Assembly (NCBI GenBank): GCA_002104945.1
Contig: MCFH01000020.1
Span: 310,001 to 374,000 of the forward strand
DNA from: Piromyces finnis finn
Taxonomy: Eukaryota; Fungi; Neocallimastigomycota
Direction of reading: 5' to 3'
DNA length: 64,000 nt
Part shown: positions 18,830 to 34,309 of the stretch, piece by piece
Position numbering within the stretch: the stretch's first letter is position 1
How the letters are laid out: the number at the start of each line of letters is the position of its first letter
Notes under the pieces: model-generated
The model's database searches: none
What the model saw: only the letters and a program-made list of their open reading frames with translations
What the model was told of the DNA's origin: nothing
Position numbers and translations under genes: made by a program

Positions 18830-20428
18830 TTATTTCCAGAATAAAGATTGAATAAGGGAGGTCTTTGAAACAAAGCTCATACCAATAATAAATAATATTA
18901 ATCCAATAATATAGAACATTATATATATAGCTATGAAAAGTTATATATAAAATTAAAATAAAAATAATTATATAAATACTTATTTAATTAAAAAAAAATA
19001 GTACTATTTTATATCATATTATAATTATTATATAAATCTATAAATGGATTTACTTCTTGTTTTTCCTGTAGCTGATAGAACCGAATTGACATCTGGGAAA
19101 TTGAATATATTACATAATGCATGTGCAAAAATACTTGACAAAACATTATCTATGAAAATTAAAAATATCATAATAGAATATGCATAAATATTTATTATAA
19201 ATCATCAACAAAAAAAAAAAAAAAAAAAAAAAAAGTATTTTTATTTTACCTGTTCTTAATAATAAAAAGGAAGCAAACCATCCAAAAAGATTGGTATATG
19301 AAAATTGAAGAACTGTTTATTATTAAAATATAAATATAGATAGATTAAAAAATAGATATTATTTAATTGGTATGTCTATTTTTAAAAATTTCATAATGAA
19401 AAATATATAAAATAATATATTACTTATGCTGAAAATAATTCTACTAATGATATTTTCTTCATTCTTATGTAATGAATATTGTTCATAGGCATGATGTACA
19501 TGAGCCAAACCGAAAAACAATGGTAATACAAAAATCATAAAGGTATTTGAAAAATTGGCTAAATAACAAACTGATATCATACATGATCTAAATATAAATT
19601 CTTCTGATATTGGTCCCTAGCATATTTAGGATGAATATTATAATATTGAATTAAATATATATATAATAATTAATCATATAAAGGTAATATTAGTAATGGG
19701 TTTTAATCATACCCTTTATACTTACAACAACAATATTTCTTATTTCATATATTGAAAAAGTAATTGATTTATAGTTATTATTTTGGAAAGGCATTTCTTC
19801 TTGTATATACATAACAACCATTGGACCGATATATATTAATAAAACTAATAATAAACCGATACCAATCCCAATTATAGTATTATGGTAAGTTATACCCATA
19901 GTTTTTAAAAAAAAGTCAAAGGAATTCTTTTAAAACAGTATTTTTTAAGAATAGTTAAAATAAATATATTTAATAGGTAGAAATAAAAATAAAATTAATC
20001 AAGATTAGAAATATATATATTAATCATAATAATATTAATAATAATAAATAATTTAATACATTTTAAAAAAGTAATTTTTAATTTAAAAATAAAAAAATCT
20101 TGGAAAGGATTATTTATTATTTTCACATTATTATAATTTTAATATAAAAAGCAAAAAAGAAATAATAAAACAAGTTAAAAAAAGAAAGAAAGAAAGAAAA
20201 ACTTACAGCTTCAAAAACATTTCTGAAATAATAGTATAGAACTAAAAATAATGGTGATACAACACAAACAATTGAAATTGAAATAATCCTTTTTTTTATT
20301 ACTTCAGGGTGATCTCTGGATAGCTTTAATTGTTTTTTTCTATCGAAGAAATAAAGTGAACCGACAAAGAAACTTGATAATAAAAAACATATAATTAATG
20401 CTTCAAATTTTGTTATATATTGTTCCAT
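18830..20428 (-). CDS. RCE1: CAAX prenyl protease 2 (Rce1, CPBP/Abi family intramembrane protease), 6 exons
   Basis: Exons at about 20428-20207, 19926-19726, 19616-19424, 19312-19250, 19149-19050 and 18910-18830. Motifs: LSRDHPEVIKKR, RNIVVGPISEEFIFRSC, FFGLAHVHH, QFSYTNLFGWFA and HALCN. Multiple transmembrane segments. Confidence 0.92.
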
Positions 20429-20868
20429 TTTTTTTTTTTTTTTTCTTGCTTTTCCTTTTTTATAATAATTATGGGATAAAGTTTAAATAAATATTCTTTC
20501 AAGTTGATTATTATATATATATTATCCACGTTCAAAGATAATATGAAGATGAATATATATTTAAATAAAATGATTATTAAATTGAATTTCTCTTAAAAAT
20601 CTTTTTAATTATATTAATATAAAATGCAATTTTATTAGAAAACACCAGAAATGAAAATGGATAAAAACCTTGTAAAAAGTTATTTTCTTATTTATTTATT
20701 ATTAAGCATTATTACAAAGTGTATATAAATATATTTATATTTATTTATTTAAAAATAAATACTTTTTATTCTTTGCCTTCAATTTAAATTATTTTTAAGT
20801 TAACTTTTAATAAAATCTTTTCTTGTTTTTTTTTAAATTTATATATTTAATTATCTAATTAATTATTC

Positions 20869-20996
<128 letters not shown>

Positions 20997-21268
20997 TAAT
21001 TAGAATTTAATAACTTTTAATTTTTTAATTAAATAAAAAGCGGTTCAATTTTTATAAATTATTTTTTTTTTTAATTTTATTTTTTTTCAAAAATTATAAA
21101 GTAACAAAAGGTAAATTTGGTAAACCTTTTATAAATGTATATAAAAGTACTTTTAACATTGTTATTGAATAAATTTAAAAAAAAAGATTTATTATATAGA
21201 AAATAATAATTAATCTTTTTCTTTATTTTATTATATATAAATATCAATCAATACAATAGTAATTAAAA

Positions 21269-21722
21269 ATGTCCTCAACCGCTACTGTTAGAAATTTAAA
21301 AATCAAAACTGGTGTTGTTAAACGGTAAGAATAAATATATATACATGACATTAATAAAAGTTTAAAAATAGAAAAAAAAATATAAAATAAATATTTATTA
21401 TTTATTTCTTATTACTTAAAATAAGTAATTAATGGAATAACCATCTTTTACTTTTTTTTTTATTACTTTATTAAATTATATATAAATATATATATATATA
21501 TAAATATCTATTGTTGAAATTAAATTTATAATATAAATATAAATATTTATACTATTTATTTATTTAAAAATAATATGGAAATAGTTTAGGAAAAGAAGTT
21601 ATTTCTTACCAAAAAGAATATGAACAACAACAAGCTAGAATTGATAAATTAATTGCTCAAAATGCTGATGAACACGATATTAATAAACAAGTAAATTTAA
21701 CACATTTAACGATATATATATA

Positions 21723-21756
<34 letters not shown>

Positions 21757-22240
21757 AAATAAACTTATTAATTTTCAATTTTTATTAATTATTCTATATA
21801 AACAAAAATATTATTTTTAAATAAATTACAATATCAATTAAAAATTATTTTAAATAGAAAGAAGTTCTTGAAGAAACTAATGTCATGATTCCAGATAGTA
21901 AGCGCCGTCTTAATGTTGCTTATAAAGAATTAACTGATCTTGTTGAATTAATGCTTGTAAGTTTTAATATTTACTTTAAATAAACTTTCTTTTAATGGCA
22001 AAGCATTATTTTTGAAATTATTATTAAAAGAAATAAATAATATACTATTTCAGTTAGTTTTAACAAGGCCAAACTATTAAACTCTTTTTTTTCTTTTTTT
22101 TTTCATTTAATTATTTATTTTTATATAATTATTATTATTATTATTATAATGTTATTCAATAGAAGGAAAACCCAAGTATTAAGGATACTAAAGAAATGAT
22201 TGACGCTCAAGCTGTTCTTAAGGATGTTAAAATTAATTAA
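21269..22240 (+). CDS. TBCA: Tubulin-specific chaperone A (cofactor A, Rbl2), 4 exons
   Basis: Spliced product MSSTATVRNLKIKTGVVKRLGKEVISYQKEYEQQQARIDKLIAQNADEHDINKQKEVLEETNVMIPDSKRRLNVAYKEL...KDVKIN* matches the TBCA pattern (LKIKTGVVKRL, EVLxExxxMIPD). Confidence 0.93.
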
Positions 22241-23380
22241 GCTATTATTTATTACCTGTATATAATCTGCAATTATATACAATATTAAATTCATTTAACA
22301 TTATTAAATAATTTTAATTATTATTTAATAAAGCATAACTCTTTAAAAAAAAAAAAAAAAAAAAAAAAGGAAAATTAATAATAATCTAAATATTATATAT
22401 TCATATCCATTAAACAAAAACAAAGCATTATAAATCTATTATTAAAATAGTATTACCACAAGATGTATTTAAAAAAAGTAATAGTATTATTATAAAATAA
22501 TAATACTTTTTATTAATGTAAATCATTATTTAAATATCACAAGAGTAATAATAAAACTAATATATAAATATAAATATAGTTTTTTTTTATTTCATTTTAA
22601 TAAGGTCATTTATTATTAATAATTTATTCAATATAAACTATTTTTTTATTCTCATGATCCTAAATAATATAGAGTATGTAATAATAAGAGTGGTTGAAGA
22701 AACAGCAACGTGTTTTTTTTTCTCAAAGTATTGTGTATTAATTCATTTTTAAAGATAAATTTACTTAATTTCAATGGTGAAAAAAAACTTTATTAAGTTT
22801 ATATTTATCATGTGAAGATATTCATGATATTTTTTTTTTTGTTACCAATATTAGAAATAATAATACTATAAAATTCATTTATAATAGTCAAATAATAAAA
22901 CAATAAAAAAGCAATGAATAAAAAAAGGTTTTAATTTCTTCTATATAAAAAGTAACTTTTTTTTGTGTGTGTGTGTTTGTATGTGAATTTTTGTTTTTTT
23001 TCCTCTTTTCATTAAAATTAATTTATTTCTGCATTTTAAATCAATAATTTCTCATTTCTTTAATATAAAAAATTAATATATTAAAATATAAAGTCAATTT
23101 ATTATAATTATAAAAAAACAAAATCTTATAAAATAAAATTTTAAAATGGAATATTAAACAAAAATAAAAAAGAATTTACTAATTAAATATTCTATAAATA
23201 ATTAAAAGATACTTTTTAAATATAATAAATATATATATACTTTATCTTTCTTTCATTTTATAAAATTTAAATATTAATTTGTAATAGTAATAATAATAAA
23301 AAAAGGAAGTAGATATTTATTTATTTAAAATTTATAACAAAATTACCTCTTCAAATAAAAGAAAAAAACTTTTCCACAAC

Positions 23381-25673
<2,293 letters not shown>

Positions 25674-26276
25674 AAAAAAAAAAAAAAAATAACTATTAAA
25701 AATAAAAAGAAAAAAAATATTTATATATATATATATAGAATTAAATAGAATAGAAAGAGAATAAGAAGAAAAAAAAAAAAAAAAAAAAGAAAAAAAAAAT
25801 AATAATAATAACAAAATTAAAATTAAACATGTTATATATATCATCTATTGTTAATAGAATATTTAAAACAAAATAAAATAAAATATATTGTAAAGAAAAG
25901 GTTAAAAAAAAAAAAAAAAAAAAAGACTCTTTTTTTATATATATTTCATTTCATTTTATTGTTATTTATTTTTATTTATGATAAAAATAATAACTTTTAG
26001 GGTAAATCCATTTTTAAAGAATGGATAAAATAAATTATATATATAAATTTATATTTATAATGGATAAAAAATGATTTTTTTAATAATTTAAATTTATGTT
26101 TAAAAAAAAAAAACAATAGATAAAATATAAAAATTTTAATGATTAATAATAGATAAAAATGGATAAACTAAATGAATGTCGTTGTATAACATAGTATATA
26201 CATAGTATACACATAGTAAACATATAAAAATAATGTATATTTATATATATCTTTTCTATAAATCTTGATCTAAAAT

Positions 26277-27024
26277 TTATTTAGTATTCTTTTTTGCTTT
26301 AACCTTTTGAACAGCATTTAAAGCATTAAATCCTTCATTAGCAAGAATACTAGTTTTCTTTCCTTTTTCACGTAATAAAATATCTGGAAGATTAGATATA
26401 GTACTACTAGTTAAATATTTGGTGGAAAGACCAACTGGAATAATTGGCTTTTCTAATAAAACCTTTAATTTATTCTTTAATCCCTTTAATTTATTGGCTT
26501 CTTTATTCTTGTTTCTTCTATTATCTTCATCATCAGAATCTTCTTCACTATTGAAACGATAATAAATTGGAAAAAAAAAAAAAAAAAAATTAATATATAA
26601 ATAAAATATAAAAATAATATATTCTAATTTTTTATTTCTCAGCTTACAGTAAATCCTCATCAAGGATAACATCCATTTCTTCAGCAGCCTTCTTTATCCA
26701 ACTATTATTTTGTGAAGTCTATAAAGAGTATTTAAAAATTAGAAAATATATTCATAGTTTATTAATATAAATTTCATACTTTTAATTTTTTTATATTTTA
26801 TATATTTGATTTTTATTTTTTTTATTTTTTTTTTTTTTTTTTTTTTTTTACCTTTTGAATCTTGTGTTCTAATTTATCAATTTCAAGGGCAAGTGAGGTA
26901 CGTTCTTTTAATGAGTTCATATTTATACGATCAACTGGGAAGTCTTCAATACCGTTTGCTATAAATATACATTAAGGTTTACCATTAATATTTTTTTCTG
27001 TCTTATATGAAATAAGTGAAAAAA

Positions 27025-27074
<50 letters not shown>

Positions 27075-28841
27075 CATAAGGCTATTAATACTTACGTTTC
27101 TTTAATGAGGAACATAAATTCTTATATAATCTTTGTTCTTCTGGTGAACATAAAGCAATACTAATACCTTCTCTCTCAGCACGAGCAGTACGACCACTTC
27201 TGTGAACATAAATCTATATATTATATAATTTTTACACAGAATTTTAGAGATAAATGTCAACAATATAAAAAGAATAAAGAAAAGATAATTACATCAGCAG
27301 AACGTGGTAATTGATAATGAATAACATGATCAACAGCTGGAATATCTAAACCACGAGCAGCAACATCACTAGTAATTAATAAAGCATTATTTGAATCACG
27401 GAATCTTTCTAAATTCTTCAATCTTTGTCTTTGTTGCATTTGAGCATGTAAACCAAATGTCTTAATATTTAATAAATTCATAATTGGAATTAATCTACGA
27501 ATACAATCAATACTATTTACAAAAACAATAGTTTTTCCTGGGTAAAGAAGAGCAAAGTAATAAAGATAAAGATCTTTTTCAGTTTGAAGACAATTAATCT
27601 TTGTTTCAGTTAATGGCTTAGCCATAATTGAATTGGTCAATAAATTAACATAACTTGGATTTTTATCTTCAAATTCAAGTTGCTTAATTAATTTAACTAT
27701 ATATTATAATATTATAATGAATAAATGATATATGGAAATTAATATTAAATTCAAAAAAAAAAAAATTTCAACTAATTTAAGTCTATAATGTATCACTTTA
27801 TTTTTCATACCGAAAGTTGTGTTAGTATTCTTAGAGTTATTCTTTTTTATTCTGACGTGAAGTTCTTTATCGGAAATTAAAGTAGCAGAATAAACAGCAA
27901 TTTGTCTTCTGTAACTTAAATCTTCATCCTTCTTCTTATTACTATTTTTTTTTATTATCATTTATTATTTTAATCATTATAAAAAAAATGCATTGTTATT
28001 ATTTATATTTTGTTATTAATAAAAAGAATGCAATGATATGAAATAACAATTATTATCTCATTTTTTAAACTATAAATTATACTATATATACCGTTTCTTG
28101 GAAATAATATTAAGAATATATTCTAATTCACGGAAGTGACCAGATTCTAACATTCTATCGGCTTCATCAAGTACTAAAAATCTAGTAGTTCTTAAATGTT
28201 CAGAAAAATCTTTATGCTTTATTATTATAAAAGTAGTTAATAATTATAAAAGAATAAAAAAAAAAAATAACAATTTAAAATTTAATAAGAATTTTTAAAT
28301 TTTAGAATAATGTTAAAATAATAAATTTCATTTTTTATCTCTAATTAAAAAAAAAACATTTTAAAAAAAAAAAAGACATACATCAGTCATAAGTTCCCAT
28401 AAACGACCTGGAGTAGCAATAATAACATCTGGTTTTTGCTTAATTAAACGTTGTTGCTTTTGAGCAGACATACCACCAACAATAGCAACAATCTATTTAT
28501 AATAATAATAAAAAGAATATATAAAAAAAAAAAAAAAAAAGAAGCATATATAAATAATTTGTTCTTAATTATTTTTTTAAAAAAAAATGGAAATTTCTTT
28601 TTAATATAAAAATCTTTAAAATAAAACTTACAAAAGCATCAGTGAATTTAGAAATAGCCATTAAATGTTGTTTAACTTGAATAGCTAATTCACGAGTTGG
28701 AGTTAATATTAATCCAGAACAATAATTTCTTTGTTCTTTTGGAGTTGAGGCTATATGTTGAATAACTGGTAAACCAAATGCTAAAGTTTTACCAGAACCC
28801 TTTTTAAATAAATCATTGGATTATTTATATATATATATATA

Positions 28842-28928
<87 letters not shown>

Positions 28929-30684
28929 ATCCTATCTATAATAAATTACAGTTTCAGCGGCACCAATAATATCATGTTTATCCTTTAATGAAAGATTTAA
29001 AGTATTAGCTTGAATTTCAGTTGGCTTTGAAAATTTTAAGGCCTTTAATGCCTTTTCAATAGTTGGAGCTAATGAATAATCCTTCCAGGCACTAATATCA
29101 AAGTCTATTTTAAAAATTTAAAAATTTTAAATTATTATCATTGTCATTATTTTTAAAATTAAAGAAAAAAATGTATAAAATCATTATATTTTATATAGGA
29201 ATAGATTTAAAAATATATATATTGCTAGCTAATTGAATATTGAAATTTTTTCTTTATAAAATAAATGATAATCACTTTCATCAATTTCAACTTCTTCCTC
29301 TTGTTTCTTTTCTACTGGTTTTTGTTGCTTTTTCTTTTCATTCTTTTTCTTTTTATTTTCATTCTTTTTTGGTTTTGGTTCACTTTTTTCTTCTACTTCT
29401 TCAGTGGTATTAGATTCTTCTTTTTCTTCTTCTTTCTTTTCGTCCTCTTCTTTTTCAGTAGTATCCTTATTGGATTCTTCTTTTTCTTCGTCTTCTGCTT
29501 CTTCAGTAGCCTTGCTTTCTTCATTTTCTGGTTCTTCGGTTTCAACATTATCTTTATCAACATCCATTTTATCTTCTGATACGTCATTAACATCCATATT
29601 TCCATATTCATCATCTTCTTCTTCACTATCAGAACCAATACCTAATTTACCATTACTATATAATTCTTTTTCTTTATCCCAATCGAAATCATCCATATCT
29701 ATAAATTCTTCACCATTGAATTCATTTTTCTTTGGTTGTCCATTATTATTCTTGTTTTTATTTTTTTGTTGCTGTTATAGGATGAAAAAATCATAATTAT
29801 TTATTTATTTTTATCCAATATTTAATTATATTATTATTCATCATTTATAAATATAAAAAAAAAAGATATTTTAAATTAATTGAATTTCATTAATTATTAT
29901 TATATGCATTTTATTATAGAATATAAATATTATAGAATATAAATATTTTTTAAATTATACGATAATTCCAATAAATTTAAAACTATTATTTATTAAATAA
30001 ATATATTTTAATAACTTTTTATTCATAACTTTTAAATTAAATTACCTTAAATCTAATAATCTTTCCATTTTTATTGTTTTCATATACCACTTCAACATCC
30101 TTGATTTCTTCTAAACTTAAAAATCCATCAATATCTTCATTACCTAATAAACTTTTATCATAATTAATTTCACTCCAGCCCCATTCATCAATATTCTTTA
30201 AATCTATGAATTCGGAATCATCTTCCTTTTTATTTTTATTTTCATTATTTGCATTATTTTTTCCATTTTTCTTGTTCTTGTTCTTATTGTTCTTGTTCTT
30301 GTTTTTATTATTGTTTTTATTTTTATTAGTATTATTTATTGGCTTAATTTCTGGGAGAGGTGGAAGATCTTCAGTTGAAATTTTTTTCCATTCTTCTTCT
30401 GAACTTAAGATTTTATTAATTTCAGTAGTCTCAGTGTTATTTTTATTCTTATTTAACTTTCTTCTCTTGTTATTCTTTTTATTTGAATTTTCTTGTGGTT
30501 TTTGCTTTTTATCATTATTAGTGGTATTATTCTTATTGTTATTATTTTCATTCTTTGGTGTATTAGTATTGGTATTGGTATTGGTTTCTTCAACAATTTC
30601 AGCATCTAAATTTATGTCTGTAATATTATTAGGGTTCATTTTAATTATTCCCTTGTTATTTCTTTTTCTCTTATTTTGAGCCAT
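26277..30684 (-). CDS. MAK5: DEAD-box RNA helicase Mak5/DDX24 (60S ribosome biogenesis), multi-exon
   Basis: Q motif [70 protein letters not shown] and [11 protein letters not shown]. The DDX24-typical EKDLYLYYF and [17 protein letters not shown] are present. Long Asn/Lys/Glu-rich N-terminus. Confidence 0.93.
28843..28923. repeat. (TTA)n microsatellite in a MAK5 intron
   Basis: Seen directly. Confidence 0.9.
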
Positions 30685-31714
30685 GTTTATTAAATATATA
30701 TATTGATATTAATAAATAAAATATCTATAATTCTAAAAATTTAGAAATATTATAAGATTATGAAATAACACTCTCTATATATAAATTATTGGCAAAGTTA
30801 ACAATATAAAAATTCAAAATGAACTTTTCTACTTTTTTTATTAACCTTGATTAAAAAAAAAAAAAAAAAAAAATATAATTTTAATATTATTTAAGATTAT
30901 AAATATATTTTTATCCAATCATATTTAGTATTTTTTTAAAAAATAAATAATTATATATTTGTATTTTTTTCAAAATTTAATTTTTTAAAAAGATCAAAAT
31001 AAATTACTAAAATAATTATTATCATTTTATTTTTTCTTTATTATGAAATTCATACTATGTTTATATTTTAACAACAACAAAATAGTTTGTAAATAACAAA
31101 CCTGAGTTAATTCATTAGTTAAAAAATATTTTATTAATAATTAATTTAATTAATATATAATTTAAATTTGAAATATAAAATAATTTTTTATACAAAAAAG
31201 AAAATAAAACTAAATAAAAAAAAAAAAAATAGTCTATTTATAATATTGAAACAATAAAGTATTTTCTATAATAAAAAAAAAATTAATGGCTATTAAATTG
31301 AAGAAATATGAATATTTCTAAAAATATGATAATAAGTTGATATTTGATTGTATGTTTGTAGTTATTTGAAATATTGAAAAAAAATTTCTTGAAATCATGG
31401 TGTATTATAATGTAGTTTTATATTATTAAAAAATTTCTTTAATAATATATAACATTAGAATACTGTGTGTTGTTGTTGTTGCGTTTAGTTACTTCTTATA
31501 TATATTAAAAAAAATAAATAGAAATAAAAATAAAAAAAAAAGGGAATGTTATAATTATCAAATTATTATTAAATTTTAAATAATAATAAAATAATAGTTA
31601 TTCCTTTTCGTTTTACTATTTAAAATTAAATCATGAAAATGATTTATATTATAATGATTTAGATATTTTAATGAATAATTATATGTAGATGCATATCTAA
31701 TTTTAAAAATTCAT

Positions 31715-32636
31715 TCATGGATTATAAATATTAACATTAACGCTTCCTCTAATATTAAAGTTATTTTTCTTTAAAATATTGTCTATAACATCTTTTTCAT
31801 CTTCAAAAATTTTTCTTTTAATCTTATAAATATCTGGTTCAGGAATGGAGAATTTTCTATTATTATGAAAAACTCGATAAGTACTATTAAAATCATCTTT
31901 TGCTGAATGGAAAATGGGATGAATACTAAATGGTGCTGGGAAATTTGGATATGGATAACAAACATTACTATCATCTATAATTGATGTTGGCGTTTTATTT
32001 TTTGATTATGTCCAATATCATTTTATAATATGTATTTATATAAAAAAAGTAGATATATAAGATAATTTAGTTATATATATTCATTATTTAAAATATATAA
32101 AAAAAAAAAAAAAATACCAATAATATTTGAAAAATGAGAAGATTCATCAACATAAATTGACTTGTTCTTCTTGTTTAATAATTTGACAGAATTTAGTTTA
32201 TCTTTATTATATTTATTCTTATTCTTTCTTTGCTTTTGTAATTCTCTTGTTTCCCTTTCAATTTCGGGATAATCATTAACTGTTTTTATTTTATTATAAA
32301 TTGATTATAAAATATATAATTAATATTAACAAGTTTACAAATAGATCTATAATAAAAACAAATTGAATAAACATCATAATAATCTGTTCTAATATCCTCA
32401 TTATCTTATACATATATTGTATTTTCTATTCTATTTAATCTTTTTTATTTTTTTTTTTGTCTAATAGGAATTCTATACTATTACATAATATATTCTATTT
32501 TTGTTTCTTATTTATTTAAATAGTTTAAACACTACGATATATAAAATACAAAATTTAAAAAAGAAAAAAGAAAAAAAAAGTAAAAAAAAAAAAAAAAAAG
32601 AATATATATATATATTTAATAAAAACCTTTCGCCAT
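31715..32636 (-). CDS. Small hypothetical protein (gene B), multi-exon, 5' end uncertain
   Basis: Two clean phase-1 exons: about 32281-32120 (VNDYPEIERETRELQKQRK...SHFSNII) and 31974-31715 (DDSNVCYPYPNFPAPFSIHPIFHSAKDDFNSTYRVFHNNRKFSIPEPDIY...IYNP*). Candidate upstream exons lie near 32660-32627 and 32400-32370. Confidence 0.5.
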
Positions 32637-33054
32637 TCTGTTATAAGTAGTATCATAAATACTGAGAAGAGGAAACTTTTTTTTATTATTGATAATGATT
32701 ATTATTTATAAAAATAATAATTTTTTTATTAGATATATTTCTTTATACATAATTAATACAATTTTTATACTAAATAATAATAATAATAATATATCTATAA
32801 TAAAAAGAATAAATATATATTTTTTGATATATATATATATATATACTTTTTAAAATATAATATCATTATTATTATTATTAATATTTTTTATTTTTGTTAA
32901 TTCTTCTTTATATAAAGAAAAAATAAATTATATATTTTTATAATAAAAATAACTATTGAACAAATATTACAAAGAAAAAAAAAATAAAAAATAAAAGAGA
33001 AATAAAAAAAAATCTAATAAAAAATATTTAAAATTGTAATATATATTATATATT

Positions 33055-34309
33055 TTAAACTTTAAAAGGTGGTCGTTCATTTATATTTATTGGTTTTCTT
33101 GGTGGTCTTCTTAAAATTTTTTTGACTGATCTTGAACCTCCTATTATTTTTGGAGTCTAATATATTATTTTAATGAATTGTTTTATATAATAATTTATTA
33201 TTTTATCATTTTTAAAATATTTCAAATTGAATATGTTTGTTTTGTATTATGTATTATATAATGTTATTATATTGTTGTATTATATTAATTAAAAAAAATA
33301 TTATTGAAATTATTTGAAAATAATATTGATATATATTTAATAGTGATTAAAAAATCAATATTAATACTTTTGATATCCTTTTATTATTACTATTATTATT
33401 ATTATTTTAATAATAGAAAAGATGGGGAAATAAAATAAAGAATAAAAATAAAAATAAAAAAAATTAAAAGGCTATTCATTTACCTTTAATGGTACTTCTT
33501 CACAATCCTCGGTAATTTCTTCATCAATTATAATATCATCATTACTATTTTTGACTTTATTCTTTTCTTTTATTAAATCATCAAAATCTCTTGTTTGTTC
33601 ATATTTAGCTGCATTAATTGACTTTAAATCCTTAAAATTCTCGGCTTCATTTTTTATAATATCATAGTCTTCTTGATATGTACTTTTTATTGGTACTGGT
33701 TGAAAATATTTTGGTACGAATTCTTTTTTATATTGATCATATTGACTAATAGGATTTAAAATATAAATTATGTGTTATTAATTTGAAATTTATTCCTCTA
33801 ATTATTTTCTATATTAATAGTATAATTATTATTGCTTTATATATTTATTTATAAATATATATATATATATATATATGAACATTTATATTTACAGTCTTCT
33901 ATAATCTGGGTAATGTCTTAAGTTTGGATGATAATCACTATCTTTTTCAATATAAAATGGATCCCTTTATATTTTTAAATAAAAATATAATTTATAAGAA
34001 TAAAATTAAAATTAAAAAATAGAAAAAGAAAAAGAAAAATGAATAATCCATTATTTAATTAAAACAAGTAATTATTTTTTTTTTTTACTATTATTACTGT
34101 TGTTGTTGTTGCTACTCATTATCAATATTAATTCAACAAAAAAAAATACAAATTTATGCTAATAATTATTAATAATAATAATTGGTAACAACGTTTCTAA
34201 ATGTATTTATAAAAAGAAAAGAAAAAAATATAAAGTTTAAATAATAAAATAATTACAATGGTGGTGAATTTAAAACATGAGAACCATTATTATAAGTTCT
34301 TTTACCCAT
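33055..34309 (-). CDS. Small hypothetical protein (gene A), 162 aa, 4 exons
   Basis: Exons 34309-34257, 33964-33893, 33745-33484 and 33156-33055 join in frame (489 nt): MGKRTYNNGSHVLNSPPLDPFYIEKDSDYHPNLRHYPDYRRLQYDQYKKEFVPKYFQPVPIKSTYQEDY...RRPPRKPININERPPFKV*. Confidence 0.7.
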
